A DNA stretch of 64,000 bases from Camelus ferus (Eukaryota): NCBI RefSeq assembly GCF_009834535.1, contig NC_045696.1:50904001-50968000 (forward strand), read 5' to 3'. Position 1 is the stretch's first letter. Each line of letters opens with the position of its first letter. Below are positions 35,435-48,562 of the stretch, one piece after another. A program made the translations under genes and the position numbers. Under the pieces are notes generated by a model. That model did not search any database. It saw only the letters and a program-made list of their open reading frames with translations, and was not told the DNA's origin.

Positions 35435-36265
35435 TGTGATGTTGTGATTTATAATAAGAAATATACATTTGGTCTTTCACCCCATTTCTATCACAGCATT
35501 CCTAAAACACTTGGAATTTCCTGAGTTAAGAGTGATAAAGGCATCTTGTTATTCAAACATTGAGTGTATGTTAATGATGTGACTTTGGGAAAGCCTCTAA
35601 GGGGTATGGTTCTAGTTGCCAGGGGAACCAAGCAGGTGATTGGAAGGTTGGAACTTTCAGACCCACCACCTTAACCTTTGGAAAGGGGTGGAGGGGAGAG
35701 GGGCTGAAAGTTGAATCACTTGTCAATGGCCAATGATTTACTCAATTATGCTTAAGTAATGAAGCCTCCATAAAAACCCAGCAGGACAAGGTTCAGAGAG
35801 CTTCTGGGTTGGTGAGCACGTGGAGACTGAGGGAGAGTGGTGTCTCCAAGAGCATGGAAGCTCTGTGTCCTCTACCCCTCCCAATACATACCTTGCTTCA
35901 TGCATCTCTAATATCTGGCTGTTCCTCAGTCGTATCCATTGTAACAAATGGGTTATCTAGTTAAGTAAAATGTTTCTCTGAGTTCTCTAAGCTGCTCTAA
36001 CAAATTAATCCAACCAAAGGAGTGGGTTGTTGGAGACTGATCTATAGTTGGTCAATCAGAAGCACAGGTGACAACCTGTACTTCCAACTGGCATCTGAAG
36101 GTGAGGGAGGGCAATCTTGTAGAACCCTTAACCTTTGGGATCAGATGCTATTGAGGTAGATAGTGTCAGAATTGGGCTGACCTGTAGAACATTCAGCTAG
36201 TGTCTGAGAATTGCTTGGTGGTGTGGGGGAATAAAACTTCACATTGTAATTGGGGGTGCAGAATT
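35435..36265 (+). mobile_element. MER21-like solo LTR
   Basis: Starts TGTGATGTTGTGAT...CCTAAAACACTTGGAATTTCCTGAG; shares AAGCCTCCATAAAAA and AGGTAGATAGTGTCAGAATTG blocks with the element at 52886-53790. Confidence 0.75.
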
Positions 36266-37899
36266 ATACCTCCTATCACTAGCAAAATATTTCAATGACT
36301 TTTAAGGAATCAGAAGGGAAAATGACATCATTGATTATCTTCTAAGTCATCTATGGGGACCTATTATCTAGATCATCTGGGTCTCCCGAGCAGATCTGCC
36401 TTTAGACCACTTAATAAGTACAGTAATTCTCAGTTTTGAATTTGCAGTTAAAAGGATAGTCATATAATTCTTTTTTTATTCATGAGAAATTGAAAGCCAG
36501 AATAGTAAAACAAGTTATATGAGTGATAGCTGAGGCTAGAATCCCTGAGTATCTTATTTCAGGTCCATAATTTTATCCATAGTAAATCCTGGACTATAGA
36601 GTTCTTGGGATTTTTTTTAAATGTAGGTTTTCATCACTGGTTTCTGAAATATGATAAACTTTGCATGAATATGATAAACTCTCTGGGTGGTGAGATTATG
36701 AAGTATTTTAATGTTCTTTTCTGTATTTTCTAAATATTTCACAATAAAAGTTAAAAAAAAAGGAAAATTTTACTTTTACCCAAGGCAAGGATAATAAACA
36801 ACCAAGGGGCCGAGCAGGACTGGGGAAGAGCACTGGGTGTGGCACAAGGAGATGTTTGTTTTTATCCTTTTAACTATCTGCGTACCTCCAGCAACTTCTC
36901 TTCCCTCCCTCTGTTTTATTTTCCCCACTGAGAAGAGAAGATTGCATTTTTGATCCTTTTTCAAGCACTAAGATTCAGTGAGTGCTCTGACTTTTTTCTA
37001 CCATGTATGAAACTGTAATTTTTTTCTTAACTATAGATAAGAAGTTTTTTTCTTGCCAAAAAGATCATTTCTCTTTGTCATATAAAAATAAGTAAGTGAA
37101 AACTTTAAATTACTGTTTCCAAAAAACTACTCTTTTTTTTTTGTATTTTTTTTGAGAAGTTTCCCATAAGGCTCTTCACTGCCTGGAAGTGGTTTTGTTT
37201 TGTTTTGTTTTGTTTTTTTCCTCCAACTTTGCTACATGTGCTGAACTTGGATTCCAATTCCTTTTTGTTTCTTGCTGAATGTGCTATGTCAATAGGCTTA
37301 CTGTAGTATTGGATTTGGTATTTCAGTTGTTTCGTGTAGATTTTACTGCTGTGATGGTTCCTTCTGGGGGGTATTTGAGGTTCTTATACAATATGTTGCG
37401 ATCTTCAGCCATTCTGCCTTTGCTGAGCTGGTGTTACCTGAAGTATCTCCTAAGTCATTTCTCACTGTTGACTTGAATCTAAAAAACCAAGGGACTTGGA
37501 GATACTAGTGATACTGTGAAACCTCTTTGCTGCTAGAAGTGCCAGCACTTCTTTCTTTTTTGCAAATAGAAGTAACCACACCTTGTTGATAATTACACGT
37601 TGCCATGAAGCACCCCAGAGTACGTTAGCCAGCTCTTCCCACATTGTTTAATGCTGGAGATAACTCAAGTTCCGTGTCAACACACCAAGATGGAGCGTTA
37701 ATGATTTAAAGGCACATCTAATGAGCTATTTGAACTGGGGCCTCACCATCCTTCCTGCTTATTTGCTAAGAAAAGTATCAAATATATCATGGGCCACCAG
37801 ACAATACAGTCATAGTGTTTTCTATTTTGCTAAAAAAAAAAAAGATAAACGTTGATTTTTTTTTCTTTTCTTGATTATTTAAAAAATGGAAAACTCTGA

Positions 37900-38050
37900 G
37901 GGGGCAAGTATAGCTCAGTTGTAGAGTGCATGCTTAGTTTGCATGAGGTCCTGAGGGGTTCAATCCCCAGTACTTCAGTTAAAAAAGTAAAATAAATATT
38001 AACAAGTAAGCCTAATTACCCCCCCAACCAAAAAAACAAAAACAAAAAGG
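37900..38050 (+). mobile_element. tRNA-derived SINE, Vic-1-like
   Basis: TATAGCTCAGTTGTAGAGTGCATGCTTAG...GGTTCAATCCCCAG...CCTAATTACCCCCC, A-rich tail, degenerate TSD TGGAAAACTCTGAGG / TGGAAACTTTGAGG. Confidence 0.85.
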
Positions 38051-39079
38051 AAACTTGGAAACTTTGAGGTTTTTCCAGTACATTAATTGGCCATGCAAAC
38101 CAAAACAAAACCTAAGGACCATGTTATACTTAAAACCTAAAGTCAGCAGTAAGAACAACACTGTATTTCATTAAGTCCTCAGTCTAGGATCCTTCAGTTT
38201 TTCTATAGAATAATAAGTTTCTAAGAGTGTATGTAAGTTGATTTACATATTAGCAGGTAGTGCTCCATTCCTGGAGAAGGAAGACCAAAGCTGAGTGTTA
38301 CATAGCAAATGTAAATGATACATTAAATGTTATTAGTAATAAAATTAATTAAAATTAAATTGCTCTAGTAATTAATTACTTCAAATTCTTATTACCCTAT
38401 CTCCTCAGTTTATTTGAAGTGACAGTAATAGCCAAAGACATTGATTTTACTATTGGGAAGAAGTTTTACGCAGATGTTAATTTTGTTACCAGATTGAACA
38501 AGGGAGTTTTCAATGGGTTAAACAAGAAGAATGAAGCTGGTTTGAAGGTGTCTGATACTGAAAAATGTGTCCAGAGGAAGCTGAATTATAAGCCTTCTTT
38601 CCTGATAAGAAAGATATAGGAATCTTCTTTGTCACAGCTCTCAAGAACTGGGAAATCTCTCTGTTTAGACCACTGAAAAGCTTTTTAGGGGCTAGTTCTC
38701 AACCCATGACTTTAAGGAACTTTATTTTGGACCCAGCCTTCTACAGTTGATCCCAAGAATGGCCAGAGGGTGTCAATATGGAATTATGAAAGTATTGGCT
38801 AATTAAAAGTGAATATCACCTATGTTTTGGTTAGACGCAAGTGTTTGAATAAAATACTTCATTTCTGAAAGCGGTGGCAAAATTAAAGTTTCTCTAACAT
38901 CATCAAGTAACATGTTGTTCTAAGTAAAAGCATCCTCTGGCCACTTAGGGTACTTACAGTTGACACTATGGGCCTTTAAGTGTACAGATAAAAGTTCTCT
39001 TCTCCCTCTGCCTAATCTGGAATGCAAAAGATTTTTGACTTTGTTAGCTTCCTCACTGCTCCCCCACATGTATATATTT

Positions 39080-40530
39080 TTAACTAGGCTTTATTTTTCA
39101 CAGCAGTTATAGGTTTACAGAAAAATTAAGCAGAAAGTTCAGAGTGTTCCCATATATCCTCTCCCCACTGTCACACAGTTTCCCCTATTATTAATATTTT
39201 GCATTAGGATGCTACATGAACTGATATTGATGTTATACTGGCCTAAATTATTACTAAAGTCCACAGTTTACATTAGGTCCACTCCTGATGTTGTACAGTT
39301 CTGTGGGTTTGAGAAATGCATAGTGTCATGAATCCATCATTATGGTGGATTGTACAGAATAATTTCACTCCCATAAAAATCCCCTGTGCTCCACCCTTTC
39401 ATCCCTCCTTCCTTTCCCTCAAACTCTAGCAACCAATGATTTTTTTAAACTGCCTTCATAGTTATGCCTCTTCCAGAACATCATACAGTTGAAACCATAC
39501 AGCATGTGGCCTTTTCAGACTTGCTTCTTTCACTTAGAAATACGCTTTTGAGTTTCCTCCATGTCTTTTCATGGCTTGATCGCTTATTTCCTTTTAATGC
39601 TAAGGAATAATATTCTATTGTTTAAATGTGCCGTAGTTTGTTTATCCATTCATCTATGAAAGACATCATGGTTGCTTCCAATTTTTGGTGGTTATGAATA
39701 AAGCTACAGGAAACATTTGGGTGCAGATTTTTGTGTGGACATAAGTTTTCAACTCATTTGGGTAAACACCAAAGAACTTAATTCCTAGATCATATGGTAA
39801 GAGTATGTTTAGTTTTTAAGAAACTGTCAAACTTGTCTTCCAAAGTGGTGTACCATTTTGTACTCCCACCAGCAATGAATGAGAGTTCCCATTGTTCCAC
39901 ATCCTCACCTGCATCTGGTGTTGCCAGGGCTTTAGATTTTAGCCATTTTATAGATGTATAGTGATACCTCATTGTTTTAATTTGCAATTTCTAATGGCAT
40001 ATGCTACTGAGTATCTTTTCATATGCTTATTTGCCATCAGTATATCTTCTTTGGTGTCTTTTCAGATCTTTCGCCCACTTTTAAATTGTTTTGTTTCTTT
40101 ACTATTGAATTTTAACTATTCTTTGTAGATTTTGGGTACCAGTCCTTTATCAGATACAAGTTTTGCAAATAGTTTCTCCTTGTCTGTGGGCTTGCCTTTT
40201 CATTCTCTTAGTAGAGAATTCACAGAGCAGACGCTTAATTTTTTTTTAATTTGAGGAATTAAAATTAAATGATCAATTTTCCCCCCGTGGATCATATCTT
40301 TGGTGTTGCATCTAAAAAGTTGTCATAAAATCTAAAATCACTTAGATTTTCTCCTATGTTATCTTCTGGAAGTGTTACAGTTTTGAATTTTAAATTTAAG
40401 TTTATAATCCATTTGGGATTAATTTCTGTGAAAGGTATAAGGTCTCTGTCTAGAGTTTTTGTTTGTTGGTGTTTTGTTTTTGCATATGATGTCCAACTGT
40501 TCCTGCATCATTTGTTGAAAAGATCACCCT
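39080..40530 (-). mobile_element. Old L1 ORF2 3' region and 3' UTR
   Basis: Minus-strand ORF 39790-39987 (MQIKTMRYHYT...GEDVEQWE) is the L1 ORF2 C-terminal signature. Confidence 0.85.
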
Positions 40531-42273
40531 ATATTTTTAGTATTACAGTACTGTGCATGTGTATATACATTTATAGCCCGCCTTGGACCAAAGAGTTTGA
40601 AGCATCTCCTTACTTGGGGCTCATTGTTCTTACCACTGTTCCCAACCTTCTCCTCTGTTACCACCACCCCTGATCTCTACTGTTCTCTTGTTGCTCCTTT
40701 TTTCTGTGTATCTTGTGTCTCTCTGCATCTTCCATCCTTTTAGTCTTTCAAATGTTCTGTGAACACTGTGGGCTCATCAAAGGTCTTCCTCTTCTCTGGT
40801 CATTTGAGGCTTTGCTATTGGCAAAGATATTCCTTCTTCTGCATCTCAGGACATATGTTTGGTTCCTTCCTTCCTGATTCAGAGCCATGATGAATACTCT
40901 CAGTCACTGGAGATCTGGTCTCCCAATTTTTAAGGTTTTGCTATAGACTATTAATAATACCAATGGTGTAGGATGAAGAACATACATTATTTGGCCAGTC
41001 AGTATTTATTTCTGTTGGCTTCATGTGCCATTATTTCCTTTATTCAGATCAACAAGATTTTCTTTGTCAAGTCTGCTTAGCTAGAGAAGTGTGTAACTGG
41101 TTTTGCATTTGAGACTTTTTTTCTGTTTCTTTTTAATCACTAAAAGAAACATAAAATATCCCTCAAAACCATAAGAAAGGGATAATTGTATTTTAAACTT
41201 AAGAGCTAAAAGGACCTCTTAAATCACCCAATCTCTTCTCACTTAACAGAGAAAACTGAGTTGGTAAAATTAATTGCTTGTCCAAGTCCTGTAACTAGTT
41301 TGAAACAAAGCCAGGAACAAAGATCAGGTTCGTGAGGACATTTCCTCAGGATATTCCTACTAAACCACTTTCCCTCCCACAAGAGAATATCTGTCATGCT
41401 TTTCAACGGCAATAAAAATAATTTTTAAACACCATAGTTATACTGTCACAGTCAGGTCATTTGATCATACAATTTAAGGGCTTCATGTCTGACTCTCTTA
41501 CAATACTGAAAATTGAAAAGATGATTCTCACTTTTGTTTTTCCCCATGAGTTGTCCACGCATCCATTTGCCTGTGTAAGTCAGGCAAGCAATGCTGACAC
41601 TAAGTAAAACTGCAAGTGTGACAGGTTTTCTTCATTGTTTCCCAGAGCCACAGCCACCCACCAACCATGATCTTACCCTGACACCCTGTGGACCAGTCTT
41701 CATCTTTTCTGGGCTTTACTGTCATTGATGCTGGGTTCCTTCTTTGTGCCAGACACAGGGCAGCTTGGAGACCTAAGCAGTTAACCTGTTACTCTAGGGC
41801 AGTTGATTAATCCTGAGAACTGGTATTTCTGGATCCCCACCGAATAGCCATGAAGATAAGCCATAGCAAACAGGAATAACTGACTACTTCTGTCCATCCA
41901 GACCCAACTGCCCTTGTGTGGACAAAGTGACTCACAACTATTTTAATTTATCTAACTGAGAGTGTACGTTATGCTCCTCCCCAAATTAACATGTAAATGC
42001 TCATGGTTCTATTTTATCCTCTCCAAGAAAAGGGATCCTATATTTGTCCCCGCTCTCTCCCCACTTCATCTTCACTGAAAGGGGGTAATTATAGGTTTTT
42101 GGGAGAAAGACAATGTTCATCTGGGTAATAAAGGGATAAAAAGTGGAGGCTAAGGAGAGAGGCAAACAGGGTGAAGTCTGAGTGTGCAGACGTGGATTGG
42201 AGAGATCTGCGGACAGTAAGGCTCAAATTAGTTGTCGGGTATGAGTGAAGTAGAGAAGGAAGGAGGATGTGGG

Positions 42274-42770
42274 GTCAGGCAAGGTTACTGACTGCAAGCA
42301 ACAGAAATCAACTGGCTACCATAAACAGAAAAAGAATTTACTAGGAGGCTATTGGGTAGCACCCAAACCTGAGTGACCAAGCTCATGCTCTGGGGACTCA
42401 GAGAGACTACACTGCAGGAAACCATAGTCACGCAGCAGGAATGGTTTGGTCAGGATGCTCATCCAGGTACCACCACCTCCTCTGTCATTGGATGTGGTCA
42501 CCCTTCGATGCTGCCATGGTCCCTACTGGTGTCATCATTGCCAGTGAATGTTAAACTCTCCCTTCATCTTTGTATCATTTAATCACCATTGAAAGTACCA
42601 AGTGGGAGCATCCAGCTATCTGAGTGTGGGCCTCATATCTGCCCCTATGGCGTCCAAAGGCAGCCTCGCCTCCCGCAAAACTCATCCAGGGAGGTGGAGG
42701 GGAGGAAGTTCCTCTAAAGGATGCAGGTCATTTGGATGCTGGGTAGCCCCCAAATCAACCCTACCAAAAG
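42274..42770 (-). mobile_element. Old MaLR LTR (MLT1J/K-like)
   Basis: GACTGCAAGCAACAGAAATCAACTGGCTACC...GAAAAAGAATTTACTAGGAGG. Confidence 0.55.
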
Positions 42771-45700
42771 TCTTCACGGGGTGTTCCCAAGCTCGGGCAT
42801 TGTGGGAAGGCAGCTCTACGGACCCAAACATAAGTAATCAGAACCAAGATATGACAAGGAATATGAAAGAAATCTGGGCTGCTGCAGGCTTCTTTGCCGG
42901 TTTAAAGAAGAACATCTCATCTGAGTGTCAGAGAAGAATTCAAATCGTATATATCATCCCTGCCACAGCGTTTACTCCATGATTAGGAATAGTTTTGTCT
43001 CTTAAATGTGGCCTTCCCTGAGGCCTCTGCTGCTTGTCTCAGGACATTTTCTTTGAAGATTTTGAAGAGGAAGAAGTTTGCAGCTGATAGGTTTTGTCTT
43101 GTTTAGAAAGCAGTTTCCTTTAGGTAATATTTATATCCTGACAAAGCTTATTTAAAATTGTAAGTGGCGCCAGTCCGGCAATAAACACCACTACAGAAAT
43201 AAGCAGCTGATAAGCATCAGCTCCTAACTCTGACAATCATAACAGTTTTGTGGTGCGTTTCCATCTTTAGAGCATGAATTAATTAGGGCTCAGAATAACG
43301 CTGGAAGAAACGAGCCTGCAGAGCAATCACTCAGCAAGTGGATAAAATCCTGGGAGTAGATCCTTGCATTCTGCCTTGAACCATAAAATAATTCTTTCTT
43401 CCTGTTCGATCCCCTCACAGGATAAGGAGTATAAGCAGGAAATAGAGAGGAAAAGACAGAAAAGAGGAAAAGGAGTCACACACAGAGATGCGCAGACTCG
43501 GGGACCTGAGAGTTGGTGAACTAGCAGAGGCCCCGGCTCTTTCCCAGGAGCCAAGCCCGGAGAAGCCTCATGCCAGAGGGAGGGCAGCGGGAGGGAGGAA
43601 CCAGTGCAAAGTGTGTGAGAAGCCCTCGAGAGACAGAAGATGGTCGGCTCCTGGCGTGAGAGGCCCTGGGTAAGGAGTGGGTTGGGGGACAGCTTTCTCC
43701 TGGTGCTGTTCTGCCCTCCTCATGTTGGCCCACATGGACTGCCGCCTGGCCTGCCTCCTCATCCTTGTGAGGGAGGAAACTGGCAGCACCAGCCCAGGGC
43801 TGGCTGGGCTCACGGGATAATGTCTGTGGAGGCTGGAGTGGAGAAGAATAACCACTGTGCCCTTGACCACCTGACTCTGAGTGATCCCTGCTTCCCCACT
43901 GCCCTCTTCGCAGGGCAGAGGACAGCAGATAATGATGGGAGCAGGAACAGTGGGGACAGAGAAGTAGAAGTCAAATTACCAGCAGGGGGTAGAGGGGTGG
44001 GCAGACTGGATCCCTGAGGGCAGGTAAAAGGGGCTCTCCAGCCTCCCAGTTCCTGCTTCTACTCTGAACTCTCCTCACATTTAGCTCCTGCCCTTTGGGG
44101 TTCTCAGTACTACCTCAGGTAGCTGATACCCCACAGAATCAGAACTCACAGGAGAAAATAACAATAGATCTGCAGAAAGAAGTCACGTGAGAAACGTCAG
44201 CCTTTACCAAATGTAGCAGAATTAATGAGCAGAAAGAATAAGATCTCAAAATAAGCAAGTATCTTCGAAGAGATACTGATAGGGGAACACCATTAAGATG
44301 AAACAGGTTATAGTTATAAAGATGAAGCAACTGGAGCTCCCAGATTTAAAAAAAAAAATCATCCTGCCCACATAAAGACCTCAGCAGTGGGTTGGACATT
44401 AGAATGAATAACAGATTAGAGAACTGAAGGGTCCAGAACACAAACAGATGAGGAAATCGGGAGGGCAGACCCAATTATGATGTCAGCAGGGGCCCCACAA
44501 GAAGAAAACAAATGGAGAGAAAAGAAAATCTGTAGAAAGAATGCTGAAGAATTAAGAACAGCCACTTCCCTGATGTCCTGGGGTGTTTTTCAGGACTTGT
44601 CGGAAGCTACAACCTTAGCTGGGCTACCTCACTCATATAAAAACAGTAATGATGTGTAGTGTGTGTCCTAAGAGTCAAAAGCATGCTTGACTCCAAATAA
44701 GTCACAGATAAAATCCTCAAAGGGGACAAAAGAAACACATGGAACAGTTAGCAAATATTTAAAAAAACATGAAGATATGATGTAATTGAGTGCTAAATTG
44801 GGTAGTACGGGCCATAAGTTTTATGCAATTAAACGGCGAGATTAGGGTCTGTTAGGGTCTTCACTCGACTTGACACCAGTTCTTGTGAAAAAAAAAACAT
44901 CTAGGCCAGCATTTCCCAAAGTGTGTTCTTGTGAACCCTTGTTCTGTAGGACAGTCTTGGCATTGGATGTGAAAGGGTTTCCAAGTGTAGTAGAATTTGG
45001 TCGTGTTTTAGACTGCCCGACATTGAGCCCTATTCCTGTAGTTCTGGGGGGAATTCCTCATTCATGAGTCTGCACTGGAGGCAGAACTCCTTCCACTATA
45101 GAAGTGGAACAGCAGGCATCTGCTTTCTCGCCACCCCCCCCCAACTCCCACCAAGCTCAGGCTTGGGCACGCAGCTCCCATGCTGCCAATCAGATCTGCC
45201 TTCCCCAAACTTTGCCTTGGGAGACAGTGATGCAGGGAAGCAGCTGCTCAGCAGCAACAGAGGCAGCGCTGGTGTCCAGGAATGGCCATGGCATTGGGGT
45301 GGTAGCACTTAAAACCTTCCAGAGGCTTTCTATTGTCCTAAAAGTAAATCCCCCATCTCCCTGACATGACTTTAAGACTCTTCAGTACTGTCATGGCCCT
45401 TCACGCACATCATGGTTCAGCCAAACTGATTTTCCCTTAATTCTTCAAACTTGCTTCTTGCCTTTCTCTCCCTCTGTCTCTCTCTCTCTCTCCCCGCCCC
45501 CCTCTCCCCTACTCTCTCTACCCCCCTCTTCCCTCCTCCCCTCTCCTTCCTTCTGTCTGCTACACTGCTCCCTTTGTTTGGGCATTTCTCTTGCTCTGTC
45601 CTGCATTTTCTGGTTAATTCCTACTCATCCTTTGGGAAAATATTCCCCCTGAAAGTCTCCGTCATGCCCTTCCACAGGAACCCGAATGTTAATGCACTCG

Positions 45701-46991
45701 TCCATTGAACTGGTATTCTATGTGCATACCTGGGATCTCAGTGAGGGCAGAGGCTATGTCCACACTGCTTAGTAATGTCTCCTGGGCCCAGAACAATGCC
45801 TGGCACAGGAGGGAAAGTCAAATGTTTACTGAATGAACAAAGTTCATTCTAAAGTAGCTGGCAGAATCCAGACTGTGTAGGGTTCTATATTCCTGGCCTG
45901 CCAACTATTATGCCTCTCTTCAGTGACCACCCATGCTTTTATTGGAATTGAAATGTTTAAAATAAAATTTAAATCATAAACCAAAAGAGGAAAGCCTCTT
46001 TGAATTTATTTTTGTCCAGATTATTGTTGGCATAATGAAATTGGTGAGATGGGGTCTGTAAAGGAAAGTGCCCTGAATACAAAATGCTAAGAATCTAAAA
46101 GTATAGGGAATAAATAGCTCCCAAGGGATAAACTGCTCTTTTCAATGAGATGAATGAGCTGGTCCAGGAAAGCCAGAGGCCAAGTGTGAAAGAAAATTAA
46201 TATCCTACGTCAGGTGGACCACATAACCTTCTCCACTGCCAGGGGCAGTTGTGCTTATAAGTGTGTCTCCACACATGGAAAACAGTCAGTAACCGATTGA
46301 TTGGTGAGTGTGTGGGACTGGAAAAGCACTGCCCCAGCCCGGAGCCTGGGTGGGACGGCTCTGCCTTCTGGTCTGCCTGGTGCCCAGTAGGTCACAAAAC
46401 AATGGTCACCCATAGTCTAGGGAGGTGGGTAGCCTGGGTGTTACTGTTCCCATTCTACAGGTGAGGAAACTGAGACCCAGAGAATTTAAGTGATTTGTTC
46501 AAGGTCACCCAGATAATAGAGGTTAGTGCCAGAAATAAAACCCATATCTTTCTTCACTAAAGCATAAGTTTATAGAAGATGGCTTTTCAAAGCTGAATCA
46601 GGCAAGGGAGGTTTTAAACAGTCACATCAATAACTACAGGAATTATTTTAATGCTTTTCTTTAAAAAAAAAAAAAGTATAACCTGTGATTAAAGCAGCTC
46701 AGTTCCCTGCAGTAGTTATAAAAATTGTGGGATGAAATGTTTCATTTACTAGGACTTTCTAGCCTTTAGTAAAAAAAAAAAAAAAAAAAAGATTCAGAAC
46801 TGCAAGGCCACTTTGCTCTGGGGCAGCTGTTTTGATGCAACAGTCACACAGTGGACTCTCCCAGCAGGCCTGCCATCATTCAGCACAAAGGCGCTCGGCA
46901 GGTGGGCACAAGTCAGCAGTAAGCTGCTGGTCAGGGAGAAGTACTGAGTCTTGGAGAATGACTTCATTTCTTAAAAATCCTACAAGTCTAA

Positions 46992-47471
46992 TGCTATGGG
47001 TTGACTTCTGTCCCCCCATAATATATGTTGAAGTCCTAACCCCTGGGACCTGTGAATGGGACCTTGTTTGGAAATAGGGTGTTTGCAGATGAAATCAAGT
47101 TAAGATGAGGTCATTAAGGTGGGCCCTAATCCAGTGTGACTGAAGTCTTCAGGAGAGGGAAATCTGGACACAGGCAGGCACAGAGAGGAGAACGGAACGT
47201 GGATCAGACACACAGAGAGAGAACGCCATGGGGACAGAGGCAAAGGGCACAGTGATGCAGCTACAAGCCAAGGAACATCAAGGATTGATGGTCACCACCA
47301 GAAGCTAGGAAGGGCAGGGAAGGATTCCACCCAGGGTCTCAGAGGGAGCATAGCCTGACTGATCTTGATTCCAGACTTCTAGCCTCCAGAACTGTGAAAG
47401 AACACATTTCTGTTATTTTAAGCCACCCAGTTTGTGGTACTTTGCTATGGCAGCCCTAGGAAAGCCACACA
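46992..47471 (+). mobile_element. MaLR MLT1-type solo LTR
   Basis: TGCTATGGGTTGA...TTTGGAAATAGGGTGTTTGCAGATG...TTTTAAGCCACCCAGTTTGTGGTACTTTGCTATGGCAGCCCTAGGAAA. Confidence 0.88.
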
Positions 47472-48016
47472 CCCAATAACATGGAATCTCGGGGGCACAT
47501 TTCTGTCCAGTGCAGCACTAGCTCCATCTTCATGTTTCTTTTCCAGGGAGAACAGTGGAGAAATGAGCCCTGTTAATTAGATCAAAGACAGTGCAAAGTT
47601 CTGCAGCTGGCTGGGGGGGGGGGGGGAGAGACACGCACACTGTAATCAATGAAGTCAGCATAAGCAGGTCAAGCATTAGTAAAGATGGACTATGGCAAAA
47701 TGAGCCAGGAAAGCCATGAGAGTATGTTTTGAGGACTGAGTGCCATATTTCTAAATAACAAAGAACCTGTATAAAGTGAGAGTTGTTGCTCAGAAGTGGG
47801 CAAACACAAACACCAGCACATCGTGACTTATTTATGATGGTGAGGATGATGACGATGGTGATGGTGATGAAATTTTCAGACATATAAACAAGGACAGAAA
47901 ACGAAACGAACACCTATGTACCCACAAGTCAGCTTAGGAAACAAACAAACAAACAAAATTTAAATTCCTGCCTTACCCCCACTCATCCTCTTCTTTCATC
48001 CCCCAAAGTAACCATT

Positions 48017-48460
48017 TTGGGGAGGCGGTTTTTCATAGGTCTCCTGATTTCTGCATATCTTACAGAAAGATACTGACTGAAAATTTTCTATTCTGTTCTT
48101 TCAAGGACATTTGTATAGAGAACAGGCTCGGAAGATAGAGACAGTGTCCCTCTCTGAAGCAAAAGTCAGGCAGGTTTACTGCCCGTTATAAAAGATGCAG
48201 TTTCCCTAAGCTCACAGCTCCTCTCCTGTAGTTCAACCCACTGCACGTATGTAGGCATCCAACTGGGCCCATTTACATCCCCTTCATGGCACTCAGGGGC
48301 AAGAGGAACCGATGCAAATGTGAGTGTGGGTGCTCTTGATGCATGCTGTGACAAGACCAATAAAGTCTTGCCTCTAACCCAGGGGTCTGGGTCTTCTATC
48401 AGTTATCGATGGAACTGGAAAGTGGGGTAAAGTCTCAGATCCTTCAAAGCTTTTGAAAAC
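48017..48460 (+). mobile_element. Solo LTR (family uncertain) nested in a minus-strand L1 remnant
   Basis: TATA-like TTATAAAA near 48187 and poly(A) signal AATAAA near 48359 in LTR-type order. Confidence 0.55.
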
Positions 48461-48509
48461 AACTACCTTAATTTCGATGTTTATTACTTCCATGTATGTA
48501 TATTTTACT

Positions 48510-48511
<2 letters not shown>

Positions 48512-48560
<49 letters not shown>
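48512..48560. repeat. (AGAT)12 microsatellite
   Basis: Perfect tetranucleotide array read directly. Confidence 0.97.
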
Positions 48561-48562
<2 letters not shown>

